From: Eledone cirrhosa
Lineage: Eukaryota
NCBI GenBank assembly: GCA_964016885.1
Contig: OZ024745.1
Coordinates: 42,098,001 to 42,162,000 of the forward strand
Direction: 5' to 3'
DNA length: 64,000 nucleotides
The notes under the pieces were generated by a model. The model searched no databases. It saw only the letters and a program-made list of their open reading frames with translations, and was not told the DNA's origin. Made by a program: the position numbers and the translations under genes. Below, piece after piece: positions 27,673 to 42,229 of the stretch; position 1 is the stretch's first letter; each line of letters opens with the position of its first letter.

Positions 27673-28109
27673 ACATGACTAGGCAATAGAATGCAGAGTG
27701 ACTCCTGGCTTCGGTGAAGTATAGTCTCACCTTATTGCAGATGACTAGATGACTAGGCAATAGAATGCAGAGTGACTCCTGACTTCAGTGAACTATAGTC
27801 TCACCTTATTGCAGATGACTAGATGACTAGGCATTAGATTGCAGAGTGACTCCGGGTTTCAGGGTACTATAGGCTCATCTTATTGCAGATGACTAGATGA
27901 CTACGCAATAGAATACAGAGTGACTCCTGGCTTCTGTGAACTATAGTCTAACCATTGTTGCAGATGACTAGATGACTAGGCAATAGATTACAGAGTGACT
28001 CCAGTTTCAGTGAACTATAGTCTCACCTTATTGCAGATGACTAGATGACTAGGCAATAGAATGCAGAGTGACTCCTGGCTTCAGTGAAATATGGTCTCAC
28101 ATTATTGCA

Positions 28110-31100
28110 GATGACTAGATGACATGGCAATAGAATGCAGAGTGACTCCTGGCTTCTGTGAACTATAGTCTGACCTTATTGCAGATGACTAGATGACTAG
28201 GCAATAGAACGCAGAGTGACTCCCGGCTTCAGTGAACTATAGTCTAACCATTGTTGCAGATGACTAGATGACTAGGCAATAGAATGCAGAGTGACTCCTG
28301 GCTTCAGTGAACTATAGTCTCACGTTATTGCAGAAGACTAGATGACTAGGCAATAGAATGCAGAGTGACTCCTGGCTTCAGTGAACTATAGTCTCACCTT
28401 ATTGCAGATGACTAGATGACTAGGTAATAGAATGCAGAGTGACTCCTGGCTTCAGTGAACTATAGTCTAACCACTGTTGCAGATGACTAGATGACTAGGC
28501 AATAGAATGCAGAGTGACTCCTGGCTTCAGTGAACTATAGTCTCACCTTATTGCAGATGATTAGATGACTAGGCAATAGGATGCAGAGTGACTCCTGGCT
28601 TCAGTGAACTATAGTCTCACCTTATTGCAGATGACTAGATGACTAGGCAAAAGAATGCAGAGTTACTCCTGATTTTAGTGAACTATAGTCTAACCATTGT
28701 TGCAGATGACTACATGACAGGGCAATGGAATGCAGAGTGACTCCTGGCTTCTGTGAACTATAGTCTAACCATTGTTGCAGATGACTAGATGACTAGGCAA
28801 TAGATTACAGAGTGACTCCAGTTTCAGTGAACTATAGTCTCACCTTATTGCAGATGACTAGATGACTAGGCAATAGAATGCAGAGTGACTCCTGGCTTCT
28901 GTGAACTATAGTCTAACCATTGTTGCAGATGACTAGATGACTGGCCAATAGAAAGCAGAGTGACTCCTGGCTTCAGTGAAATATGGTCTCACATTATTGC
29001 AGATGACTACATGACAAGCCAATAGAATACAGAGTGACTCCTGACTTCGGTCAGCTATAGTCTCACCTTATTGCAGATGACTTGAAGACTAGGCAATAGA
29101 ATGCAGAGTAACTCCTGGCTTCAGTGAAGTATAGTCTCACTTTATTGCAGACGACTAGATGACTAGGCAATAGAATGTAGAGTGACTCCTGGCTTCAGTG
29201 AACTATAGTCTCTCCTTATTGCAGATGACTAGATAACTAGACAAAGGAATGCAGAGTGACTCCTGGCTTCAGTGAACTATAGTCTCACCTTATTGCAGAT
29301 GACTAGTTGACATGGCAATAGAATGCAGAGTGACTCCTGGCTTCTGTGAACTATAGTCTCACCTTATTGCAGATGACTAGATGACTAGGCAATAGAACAC
29401 AGAGTGACTCCTGGCTTCAGTGAACTATAGTCTCACCTTATTGAAGATGACTAGATGACTAGGCAATAGAATGCAGAGTGACTCCTGGCTTCTGTGAACT
29501 ATAGTCTCACCATTGTTGCAGATGACTAGATGACTGGCCAATAGAATGCAGAGTGACTCCTGGCTTCAGTGAAATATGGTCTCACATTATTGCAGATGAC
29601 TACATGACAAGCCAATAGAATACAGAGTGACTCCTGGCTTCGGTCAGCTATAGTCTCACCTTATTGCAGATGACTTGAAGACTAGGCAATAGAATGCAGA
29701 GTAACTCCTGGCTTCAGTGAAGTATAGTCTCACTTTATTGCAGATGACTAGATGACTAGGCAATAGAATGTAGAGTGACTCCTGGCTTCAGTGAACTATA
29801 GTCTCACCTTATTGCAGATGACTAGATAACTAGACAAAGGAATGTAGAGTGACTCCTGGCTTCAGTGAACTATAGTCTCACCTTATTGCAGATGACTAGA
29901 TGACATGGCAATAGAATGCAGAGTGACTCCTGGCTTCTGTGAACTATAGTCTCACCTTATTGCAGATGACTAGATGACTAGGCAATAGAACACAGAGTGA
30001 CCCCTGGCTTCAGTGAACTATAGTCTAACCATTGTTGCAGATGACTAGATGACTAGGCAATAGAATGCAGAGTGACTCCTGGCTTCAGTGAACTATAGTC
30101 TCACCTTATTGCAGAGGACTAGATGACTAGGCAATAGAATGCAGAGTGACTCCTGGCTTCAGTGAACTATAGTCTCTCCTTATTGCAGATGACTAGATGA
30201 CTAGGCAAAAGAATGCAGAGTGACTCCTGATTTCAGTGAACTATAGTCTAACCATTGTTGCAGATGACTACATGACTGGGCAATAGAATGCAGAGTGACT
30301 CCTGGCTTCTGTGAACTATAGTCTAACCATTGTTGCAGATGACTAGATGACTAGGCATTAGATTGCAGAGTGAATCCGGGTTTCAGGGAACTATAGGCTC
30401 ATCTTATTGCAGATGACTAGATGACTACGCAATAGAATGCAGAGTGACTCCTGGCTTCTGTGAACTATAGTCTAACCATTGTTGCAGATGACTAGATGAC
30501 TAGGCAATAGATTACAGAGTGACCCCAGTTTCAGTGAACTATAGTCTCACCTTGTTGCAGATGACTAGATAACTAGACAAAGGAAGGCAGAGTCACTCCT
30601 GGCTTCAGTGAACTATAGTCTCACCTTATTGCAGATGACTAGATGACTAGGCAATAGAATTCAGAGTGACTACTGGCTTCAGTGAAATATAGTCTCACAT
30701 TATTGCAGATGACTAGCCAATAGAATACAGAGTGACTCCTGGCTTCGATCAAATATAGTCTCACCTTATTGCAGATGACTTGATGACTAGGCAATAGAAT
30801 GCAGAGTAACTCCTGGCTTCAGTGAAGTATAGTCTCACTTTATTGCAGATGACTAGATGACTAGGCAATAGAATGCAGAGTGACTCCTGGCTTCGGTGAA
30901 GTATAGTCTCACCTTATTGCACATGACTAGATGACTAGGCAATAGAATGCAGAGTGTCTCCTGGCTTCAGTGAACTATAGTCTCACCTTATTGCAGATGA
31001 CTACATGAGAAGGCAATAGAATGCAGAGTGACCCCTGGCTTCAGTGAACTATAGTCACACCTTATTGCAGATGACTACATGACTAGGCAATAGAATGCAG

Positions 31101-34100
31101 AGTGACTCCTGGCTTCAGTGAACTATAAGTCTCACCTTATTGCAGATGACTAGATGACTAGGTAATAGAATGCCTAGTGACTCCTGGCTTCAGTGAACTA
31201 TAGTCTAACCATTGTTGCAGATGACTAGATGACTAGGCAATAGAATGCAGAGTGATTCCTGGCTTCAGTGAACTATAGTCTCACCTTATTGCAGATGATT
31301 AGATGACTAGGCAATAGGATGCAGAGTGACTCCTGGCTTCAGTGAACTATAGTCTCACCTTATTGCAGATGACTACATGACTAGCCAATAGAATGCAGAG
31401 TGACTCCTGGCTTCAGTGAACTATAGTCTCACCTTATTGCAGATGACTAGATGACTAGGTAATAGAATGCAGAGTGACTCCTGGCTTCAGTGAACTATAG
31501 TCTAACCATTGTTGCAGATGACTAGATGACTAGGCAATAGAATGCAGAGTGACTCCTGACTTCAGTGAACTATAGTCTCACCTTATTTCAGATGACTACA
31601 TGACTAGGCAATAGAATGCAGAGTGACTCCTGGCTTCGGTGAAGTATAGTCTCACCTTATTGCAGATGACTAGATGACTAGGCAATAGAATGCAGAGTGA
31701 CTCCTGACTTCAGTGAACTATAGTCTCACCTTATTGCAGATGACTAGATGACTAGGCATTAGATTGCAGAGTGACTCCGGGTTTCAGGGTACTATAGGCT
31801 CATCTTATTGCAGATGACTAGATGACTACGCAATAGAATACAGAGTGACTCCTGGCTTCTGTGAACTATAGTCTAACCATTGTTGCAGATGACTAGATGA
31901 CTAGGCAATAGATTACAGAGTGACTCCAGTTTCAGTGAACTATAGTCTCACCTTATTGCAGATGACTAGATGACTAGGCAATAGAATGCAGAGTGACTCC
32001 TGGCTTCAGTGAAATATGGTCTCACATTATTGCAGATGACTACATGACAAGCCAATAGAATACAGAGTGACTCCTGGCTTCGGTCAGCTATAGTCTCACC
32101 TTATTGCAGATGACTTGAAGACTAGGCAATAGAATGCAGAGTAACTCCTGGCTTCAGTGAAGTATAGTCTCACTTTATTGCAGATGACTAGATGACTAGG
32201 CAATAGAATGTAGAGTGACTCCTGGCTTCAGTGAACTATAGTCTCACCTTATTGCAGATGACTATATAACTAGACAAAGGAATGCAGAGTGACTCCTGGC
32301 TTCAGTGAACTATAGTCCCACAATTATTGCAGATGACTAGATGACATGGCAATAGAATGCAGAGTGACTCCTGGCTTCTGTGAACTATAGTCTGACCTTA
32401 TTGCAGATGACTAGATGACTAGGCAATAGAACGCAGAGTGACTCCCGGCTTCAGTGAACTATAGTCTAACCATTGTTGCAGATGACTAGATGACTAGGCA
32501 ATAGAATGCAGAGTGACTCCTGGCTTCAGTGAACTATAGTCTCACGTTATTGCAGAAGACTAGATGACTAGGCAATAGAATGCAGAGTGACTCCTGGCTT
32601 CAGTGAACTATAGTCTCACCTTATTGCAGATGACTAGATGACTAGGTAATAGAATGCAGAGTGACTCCTGGCTTCAGTGAACTATAGTCTAACCACTGTT
32701 GCAGATGACTAGATGACTAGGCAATAGAATGCAGAGTGACTCCTGGCTTCAGTGAACTATAGTCTCACCTTATTGCAGATGATTAGATGACTAGGCAATA
32801 GGATGCAGAGTGACTCCTGGCTTCAGTGAACTATAGTCTCACCTTATTGCAGATGACTAGATGACTAGGCAAAAGAATGCAGAGTTACTCCTGATTTCAG
32901 TGAACTATAGTCTAACCATTGTTGCAGATGACTACATGACAGGGCAATGGAATGCAGAGTGACTCCTGGCTTCTGTGAACTATAGTCTAACCATTGTTGC
33001 AGATGACTAGATGACTAGGCAATAGATTACAGAGTGACTCCAGTTTCAGTGAACTATAGTCTCACCTTATTGCAGATGACTAGATGACTAGGCAATAGAA
33101 TGCAGAGTGACTCCTGGCTTCTGTGAACTATAGTCTAACCATTGTTGCAGATGACTAGATGACTGGCCAATAGAAAGCAGAGTGACTCCTGGCTTCAGTG
33201 AAATATGGTCTCACATTATTGCAGATGACTACATGACAAGCCAATAGAATACAGAGTGACTCCTGACTTCGGTCAGCTATAGTCTCACCTTATTGCAGAT
33301 GACTTGAAGACTAGGCAATAGAATGCAGAGTAACTCCTGGCTTCAGTGAAGTATAGTCTCACTTTATTGCAGACGACTAGATGACTAGGCAATAGAATGT
33401 AGAGTGACTCCTGGCTTCAGTGAACTATAGTCTCACCTTATTGCAGATGACTAGATAACTAGACAAAGGAATGCAGAGTGACTCCTGGCTTCAGTGAACT
33501 ATAGTCTCACCTTATTGCAGATGACTAGTTGACATGGCAATAGAATGCAGAGTGACTCCTGGCTTCTGTGAACTATAGTCTCACCTTATTGCAGATGACT
33601 AGATGACTAGGCAATAGAACACAGAGTGACTCCTGGCTTCAGTGAACTATAGTCTCACCTTATTGAAGATGACTAGATGACTAGGCAATAGAATGCAGAG
33701 TGACTCCTGGCTTCTGTGAACTATAGTCTCACCATTGTTGCAGATGACTAGATGACTGGCCAATAGAATGCAGAGTGACTCCTGGCTTCAGTGAAATATG
33801 GTCTCACATTATTGCAGATGACTACATGACAAGCCAATAGAATACAGAGTGACTCCTGGCTTCGGTCAGCTATAGTCTCACCTTATTGCAGATGACTTGA
33901 AGACTAGGCAATAGAATGCAGAGTAACTCCTGGCTTCAGTGAAGTATAGTCTCACTTTATTGCAGATGACTAGATGACTAGGCAATAGAATGTAGAGTGA
34001 CTCCTGGCTTCAGTGAACTATAGTCTCACCTTATTGCAGATGACTAGATAACTAGACAAAGGAATGTAGAGTGACTCCTGGCTTCAGTGAACTATAGTCT

Positions 34101-37100
34101 CACCTTATTGCAGATGACTAGATGACATGGCAATAGAATGCAGAGTGACTCCTGGCTTCTGTGAACTATAGTCTCACCTTATTGCAGATGACTAGATGAC
34201 TAGGCAATAGAACACAGAGTGACCCCTGGCTTCAGTGAACTATAGTCTAACCATTGTTGCAGATGACTAGATGACTAGGCAATAGAATGCAGAGTGACTC
34301 CTGGCTTCAGTGAACTATAGTCTCACCTTATTGCAGAGGACTAGATGACTAGGCAATAGAATGCAGAGTGACTCCTGGCTTCAGTGAACTATAGTCTCTC
34401 CTTATTGCAGATGACTAGATGACTAGGCAAAAGAATGCAGAGTGACTCCTGATTTCAGTGAACTATAGTCTAACCATTGTTGCAGATGACTACATGACTG
34501 GGCAATAGAATGCAGAGTGACTCCTGGCTTCTGTGAACTATAGTCTAACCATTGTTGCAGATGACTAGATGACTAGGCATTAGATTGCAGAGTGAATCCG
34601 GGTTTCAGGGAACTATAGGCTCATCTTATTGCAGATGACTAGATGACTACGCAATAGAATGCAGAGTGACTCCTGGCTTCTGTGAACTATAGTCTAACCA
34701 TTGTTGCAGATGACTAGATGACTAGGCAATAGATTACAGAGTGACCCCAGTTTCAGTGAACTATAGTCTCACCTTGTTGCAGATGACTAGATAACTAGAC
34801 AAAGGAAGGCAGAGTCACTCCTGGCTTCAGTGAACTATAGTCTCACCTTATTGCAGATGACTAGATGACTAGGCAATAGAATTCAGAGTGACTACTGGCT
34901 TCAGTGAAATATAGTCTCACATTATTGCAGATGACTAGCCAATAGAATACAGAGTGACTCCTGGCTTCGATCAAATATAGTCTCACCTTATTGCAGATGA
35001 CTTGATGACTAGGCAATAGAATGCAGAGTAACTCCTGGCTTCAGTGAAGTATAGTCTCACTTTATTGCAGATGACTAGATGACTAGGCAATAGAATGCAG
35101 AGTGACTCCTGGCTTCGGTGAAGTATAGTCTCACCTTATTGCACATGACTAGATGACTAGGCAATAGAATGCAGAGTGACTCCTGGCTTCAGTGAACTAT
35201 AGTCTCACCTTATTGCAGATGACTACATGAGAAGGCAATAGAATGCAGAGTGACCCCTGGCTTCAGTGAACTATAGTCACACCTTATTGCAGATGACTAC
35301 ATGACTAGGCAATAGAATGCAGAGTGACTCCTGGCTTCAGTGAACTATAAGTCTCACCTTATTGCAGATGACTAGATGACTAGGTAATAGAATGCAGAGT
35401 GACTCCTGGCTTCAGTGAACTATAGTCTAACCATTGTTGCAGATGACTAGATGACTAGGCAATAGAATGCAGAGTGATTCCTGGCTTCAGTGAACTATAG
35501 TCTCACCTTATTGCAGATGATTAGATGACTAGGCAATAGGATGCAGAGTGACTCCTGGCTTCAGTGAACTATAGTCTCACCTTATTGCAGATGACTACAT
35601 GACTAGCCAATAGAATGCAGAGTGACTCCTGGCTTCAGTGAACTATAGTCTCACCTTATTGCAGATGACTAGATGACTAGGTAATAGAATGCAGAGTGAC
35701 TCCTGGCTTCAGTGAACTATAGTCTAACCATTGTTGCAGATGACTAGATGACTAGGCAATAGAATGCAGAGTGACTCCTGGCTTCAGTGAACTATAGTCT
35801 CACCTTATTTCAGATGACTACATGACTAGGAAATAGAATGCAGAGTGACTCCTGGCTTCGGTGAAGTATAGTCTCACCTTATTGCAGATGACTAGATGAC
35901 TAGGCAATAGAATGCAGAGTGACTCCTGACTTCAGTGAACTATAGTCTCACCTTATTGCAGATGACTAGATGACTAGGCATTAGATTGCAGAGTGACTCC
36001 GGGTTTCAGGGTACTATAGGCTCATCTTATTGCAGATGACTAGATGACTACGCAATAGAATACAGAGTGACTCCTGGCTTCTGTGAACTATAGTCTAACC
36101 ATTGTTGCAGATGACTAGATGACTAGGCAATAGATTACAGAGTGACTCCAGTTTCAGTGAACTATAGTCTCACCTTATTGCAGATGACTAGATGACTAGG
36201 CAATAGAATGCAGAGTGACTCCTGGCTTCAGTGAAATATGGTCTCACATTATTTCAGATGACTACATGACAAGCCAATAGAATACAGAGTGACTCCTGGC
36301 TTCGGTCAGCTATAGTCTCACCTTATTGCAGATGACTTGAAGACTAAGCAATAGAATGCAGAGTAACTCCTGGCTTCAGTGAAGTATAGTCTCACTTTAT
36401 TGCAGATGACTAGATGACTAGGCAATAGAATGTAGAGTGACTCCTGGCTTCAGTGACCTATAGTCTCACCTTATTGCAGATGACTATATAACTAGACAAA
36501 GGAATGCAGAGTGACTCCTGGCTTCAGTGAACTATAGTCCCACAATTATTGCAGATGACTAGATGACATGGCAATAGAATGCAGAGTGACTCCTGGCTTC
36601 TGTGAACTATAGTCTGACCTTATTGCAGATGACTAGATGACTAGGCAATAGAACGCAGAGTGACTCCTGGCTTCAGTGAACTATAGTCTAACCATTGTTG
36701 CAGATGACTAGATGACTAGGCAATAGAATGCAGAGTGACTCCTGGCTTCAGTGAACTATAGTCTCACGTTATTGCAGAAGACTAGATGACTAGGCAATAG
36801 AATGCAGAGTGACTCCTGGCTTCAGTGAACTATAGTCTCTCCTTATTGCAGATGACTAGATGACTAGGCAAAAGAATGCAGAGTGACTCCTGATTTCAGT
36901 GAACTATAGTCTAACCTTTGTTGCAGATGACTACATGACTAGGTAATAGAATGCAGAGTGACTCCGGGTTTCAGGGAACTATAGTCTCACCTTGTTGCAG
37001 ATGACTAGATAACTAGACAAAGGAAGGCACAGTCACTCCTGGCTTCAGTGAACTATAGTCTCACCTTATTGCAGATGACTAGATGACTACGCAATAGAAT

Positions 37101-40100
37101 GCAGAGTGACTCCTGGCTTCTGTGAACTATAGTCTAACCATTGTTGCAGATGACTAGATGACTAGGCAATAGATTACAGAGTGACTCCAGTTTCAGTGAA
37201 CTATAGGCTCACCTTGTTGCAGATGACTAGATAACTAGACAAAGGAAGGCACAGTCACTCCTGGCTTCAGTGAACTATAGTCTCACCTTATTGCAGATGA
37301 CTAGATGACTAGGCAATAGAATTCAGAGTGACCCCTGACTTCAGTGAAATATAGTCTCACATTATTGCAGATGACTAGATGACTAGCCAATAGAATACAG
37401 AGTGACTCCTGGCTTCGATCAAATATAGTCTCACCTTATTGCAGATGACTTGATGACTAGGCAATAGAATGCAGAGTAACTCCTGGCTTCAGTGAAGTAT
37501 AGTCTACCTTTATTGCAGATGACTAGATGACTAGGCAATAGAATGCAGAGTGACTCCAGTTTCAGTGAACTATAGTCTCACCTTATTGCAGATGACTAGA
37601 TGACTAGGCAATAGAATGCAGAGTGACTCCTGGCTTCAGTGAAATATGGTCTCACATTATTGCAGATGACTACATGACAAGCCAATAGAATACAGAGTGA
37701 CTCCTGGCTTCGGTCAGCTATAGTCTCACCTTATTGCAGATGACTTGAAGACTAGGCAATAGAATGCAGAGTAACTCCTGGCTTCAGTGAAGTATAGTCT
37801 CACTTTATTGCAGATGACTAGATGACTAGGCAATAGAATGTAGAGTGACTCCTGGCTTCAGTGAACTATAGTCTCACCTTATTGCAGATGACTATATAAC
37901 TAGACAAAGGAATGCAGAGTGACTCCTGGCTTCAGTGAACTATAGTCCCACAATTATTGCAGATGACTAGATGACATGGCAATAGAATGCAGAGTGACTC
38001 CTGGCTTCTGTGAACTATAGTCTGACCTTATTGCAGATGACTAGATGACTAGGCAATAGAACGCAGAGTGACTCCCGGCTTCAGTGAACTATAGTCTAAC
38101 CATTGTTGCAGATGACTAGATGACTAGGCAATAGAATGCAGAGTGACTCCTGGCTTCAGTGAACTATAGTCTCACGTTATTGCAGAAGACTAGATGACTA
38201 GGCAATAGAATGCAGAGTGACTCCTGGCTTCAGTGAACTATAGTCTCACCTTATTGCAGATGACTAGATGACTAGGTAATAGAATGCAGAGTGACTCCTG
38301 GCTTCAGTGAACTATAGTCTAACCACTGTTGCAGATGACTAGATGACTAGGCAATAGAATGCAGAGTGACTCCTGGCTTCAGTGAACTATAGTCTCACCT
38401 TATTGCAGATGATTAGATGACTAGGCAATAGGATGCAGAGTGACTCCTGGCTTCAGTGAACTATAGTCTCACCTTATTGCAGATGACTAGATGACTAGGC
38501 AAAAGAATGCAGAGTTACTCCTGATTTCAGTGAACTATAGTCTAACCATTGTTGCAGATGACTACATGACAGGGCAATGGAATGCAGAGTGACTCCTGGC
38601 TTCTGTGAACTATAGTCTAACCATTGTTGCAGATGACTAGATGACTAGGCAATAGATTACAGAGTGACTCCAGTTTCAGTGAACTATAGTCTCACCTTAT
38701 TGCAGATGACTAGATGACTAGGCAATAGAATGCAGAGTGACTCCTGGCTTCTGTGAACTATAGTCTAACCATTGTTGCAGATGACTAGATGACTGGCCAA
38801 TAGAAAGCAGAGTGACTCCTGGCTTCAGTGAAATATGGTCTCACATTATTGCAGATGACTACATGACAAGCCAATAGAATACAGAGTGACTCCTGACTTC
38901 GGTCAGCTATAGTCTCACCTTATTGCAGATGACTTGAAGACTAGGCAATAGAATGCAGAGTAACTCCTGGCTTCAGTGAAGTATAGTCTCACTTTATTGC
39001 AGACGACTAGATGACTAGGCAATAGAATGTAGAGTGACTCCTGGCTTCAGTGAACTATAGTCTCACCTTATTGCAGATGACTAGATAACTAGACAAAGGA
39101 ATGCAGAGTGACTCCTGGCTTCAGTGAACTATAGTCTCACCTTATTGCAGATGACTAGATGACATGGCAATAGAATGCAGAGTGACTCCTGGCTTCTGTG
39201 AACTATAGTCTCACCTTATTGCAGATGACTAGATGACTAGGCAATAGAACACAGAGTGACTCCTGGCTTCAGTGAACTATAGTCTCACCTTATTGAAGAT
39301 GACTAGATGACTAGGCAATAGAATGCAGAGTGACTCCTGGCTTCTGTGAACTATAGTCTCACCATTGTTGCAGATGACTAGATGACTGGCCAATAGAATG
39401 CAGAGTGACTCCTGGCTTCAGTGAAATATGGTCTCACATTATTGCAGATGACTACATGACAAGCCAATAGAATACAGAGTGACTCCTGGCTTCGGTCAGC
39501 TATAGTCTCACCTTATTGCAGATGACTTGAAGACTAGGCAATAGAATGCAGAGTAACTCCTGGCTTCAGTGAAGTATAGTCTCACTTTATTGCAGATGAC
39601 TAGATGACTAGGCAATAGAATGTAGAGTGACTCCTGGCTTCAGTGAACTATAGTCTCACCTTATTGCAGATGACTAGATAACTAGACAAAGAAATGTAGA
39701 GTGACTCCTGGCTTCAGTGAACTATAGTCTCACCTTATTGCAGATGACTAGATGACATGGCAATAGAATGCAGAGTGACTCCTGGCTTCTGTGAACTATA
39801 GTCTCACCTTATTGCAGATGACTAGATGACTAGGCAATAGAACACAGAGTGACCCCTGGCTTCAGTGAACTATAGTCTAACCATTGTTGCAGATGACTAG
39901 ATGACTAGGCAATAGAATGCAGAGTGACTCCTGGCTTCAGTGAACTATAGTCTCTCCTTATTGCAGATGACTAGATGACTAGGCAAAAGAATGCAGAGTG
40001 ACTCCTGATTTCAGTGAACTATAGTCTAACCATTGTTGCAGATGACTACATGACTGGGCAATAGAATGCAGAGTGACTCCTGGCTTCTGTGAACTATAGT

Positions 40101-42170
40101 CTAACCATTGTTGCAGATGACTAGATGACTAGGCATTAGATTGCAGAGTGAATCCGGGTTTCAGGGAACTATAGGCTCATCTTATTGCAGATGACTAGAT
40201 GACTACGCAATAGAATGCAGAGTGACTCCTGGCTTCTGTGAACTATAGTCTAACCATTGTTGCAGATGACTAGATGACTAGGCAATAGATTACAGAGTGA
40301 CCCCAGTTTCAGTGAACTATAGTCTCACCTTGTTGCAGATGACTAGATAACTAGACAAAGGAAGGCAGAGTCACTCCTGGCTTCAGTGAACTATAGTCTC
40401 ACCTTATTGCAGATGACTAGATGACTAGGCAATAGAATTCAGAGTGACTACTGGCTTCAGTGAAATATAGTCTCACATTATTGCAGATGACTAGCCAATA
40501 GAATACAGAGTGACTCCTGGCTTCGATCAAATATAGTCTCACCTTATTGCAGATGACTTGATGACTAGGCAATAGAATGCAGAGTAACTCCTGGCTTCAG
40601 TGAAGTATAGTCTCACTTTATTGCAGATGACTAGATGACTAGGCAATAGAATGCAGAGTGACTCCTGGCTTCGGTGAAGTATAGTCTCACCTTATTGCAC
40701 ATGACTAGATGACTAGGCAATAGAATGCAGAGTGACTCCTGGCTTCAGTGAACTATAGTCTCACCTTATTGCAGATGACTACATGAGAAGGCAATAGAAT
40801 GCAGAGTGACCCCTGGCTTCAGTGAACTATAGTCACACCTTATTGCAGATGACTACATGACTAGGCAATAGAATGCAGAGTGACTCCTGGCTTCAGTGAA
40901 CTATAAGTCTCACCTTATTGCAGATGACTAGATGACTAGGTAATAGAATGCAGAGTGACTCCTGGCTTCAGTGAACTATAGTCTAACCATTGTTGCAGAT
41001 GACTAGATGACTAGGCAAAAGAATGCAGAGTGATTCCTGGCTTCAGTGAACTATAGTCTCACCTTATTGCAGATGATTAGATGACTAGGCAATAGGATGC
41101 AGAGTGACTCCTGGCTTCAGTGAACTATAGTCTCACCTTATTGCAGATGACTACATGACTAGCCAATAGAATGCAGAGTGACTCCTGGCTTCAGTGAACT
41201 ATAGTCTCACCTTATTGCAGATGACTAGATGACTAGGCAATAGAATGCAGAGTGACTCCTGGCTTCAGTGAACTATAGTCTAACCATTGTTGCAGATGAC
41301 TAGATGACTAGGCAATAGAATGCAGAGTGACTCCTGGCTTCAGTGAACTATAGTCTCACCTTATTTCAGATGACTACATGACTAGGAAATAGAATGCAGA
41401 GTGACTCCTGGCTTCGGTGAAGTATAGTCTCACCTTATTGCAGATGACTAGATGACTAGGCAATAGAATGCAGAGTGACTCCTGACTTCAGTGAACTATA
41501 GTCTCACCTTATTGCAGATGACTAGATGACTAGGCATTAGATTGCAGAGTGACTCCGGGTTTCAGGGTACTATAGGCTCATCTTATTGCAGATGACTAGA
41601 TGACTACGCAATAGAATACAGAGTGACTCCTGGCTTCTGTGAACTATAGTCTAACCATTGTTGCAGATGACTAGATGACTAGGCAATAGATTACAGAGTG
41701 ACTCCAGTTTCAGTGAACTATAGTCTCACCTTATTGCAGATGACTAGATGACTAGGCAATAGAATGCAGAGTGACTCCTGGCTTCAGTGAAATATGGTCT
41801 CACATTATTTCAGATGACTACATGACAAGCCAATAGAATACAGAGTGACTCCTGGCTTCGGTCAGCTATAGTCTCACCTTATTGCAGATGACTTGAAGAC
41901 TAAGCAATAGAATGCAGAGTAACTCCTGGCTTCAGTGAAGTATAGTCTCACTTTATTGCAGATGACTAGATGACTAGGCAATAGAATGTAGAGTGACTCC
42001 TGGCTTCAGTGACCTATAGTCTCACCTTATTGCAGATGACTATATAACTAGACAAAGGAATGCAGAGTGACTCCTGGCTTCAGTGAACTATAGTCCCACA
42101 ATTATTGCAGATGACTAGATGACATGGCAATAGAATGCAGAGTGACTCCTGGCTTCTGTGAACTATAGTC
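28110..42170. repeat. Higher-order repeat, ~4.2-kb unit (~57 monomers), three copies with a 1408-bp interruption
   Basis: Marker tctgacctt lies at 28169, 32391, 36613, 38021 and 42169 (spacings 4222, 4222, 1408, 4148). Confidence 0.88.
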
Positions 42171-42229
42171 TGACCTTATTGCAGATGACTAGATGACTAG
42201 GCAATAGAACGCAGAGTGACTCCTGGCTT

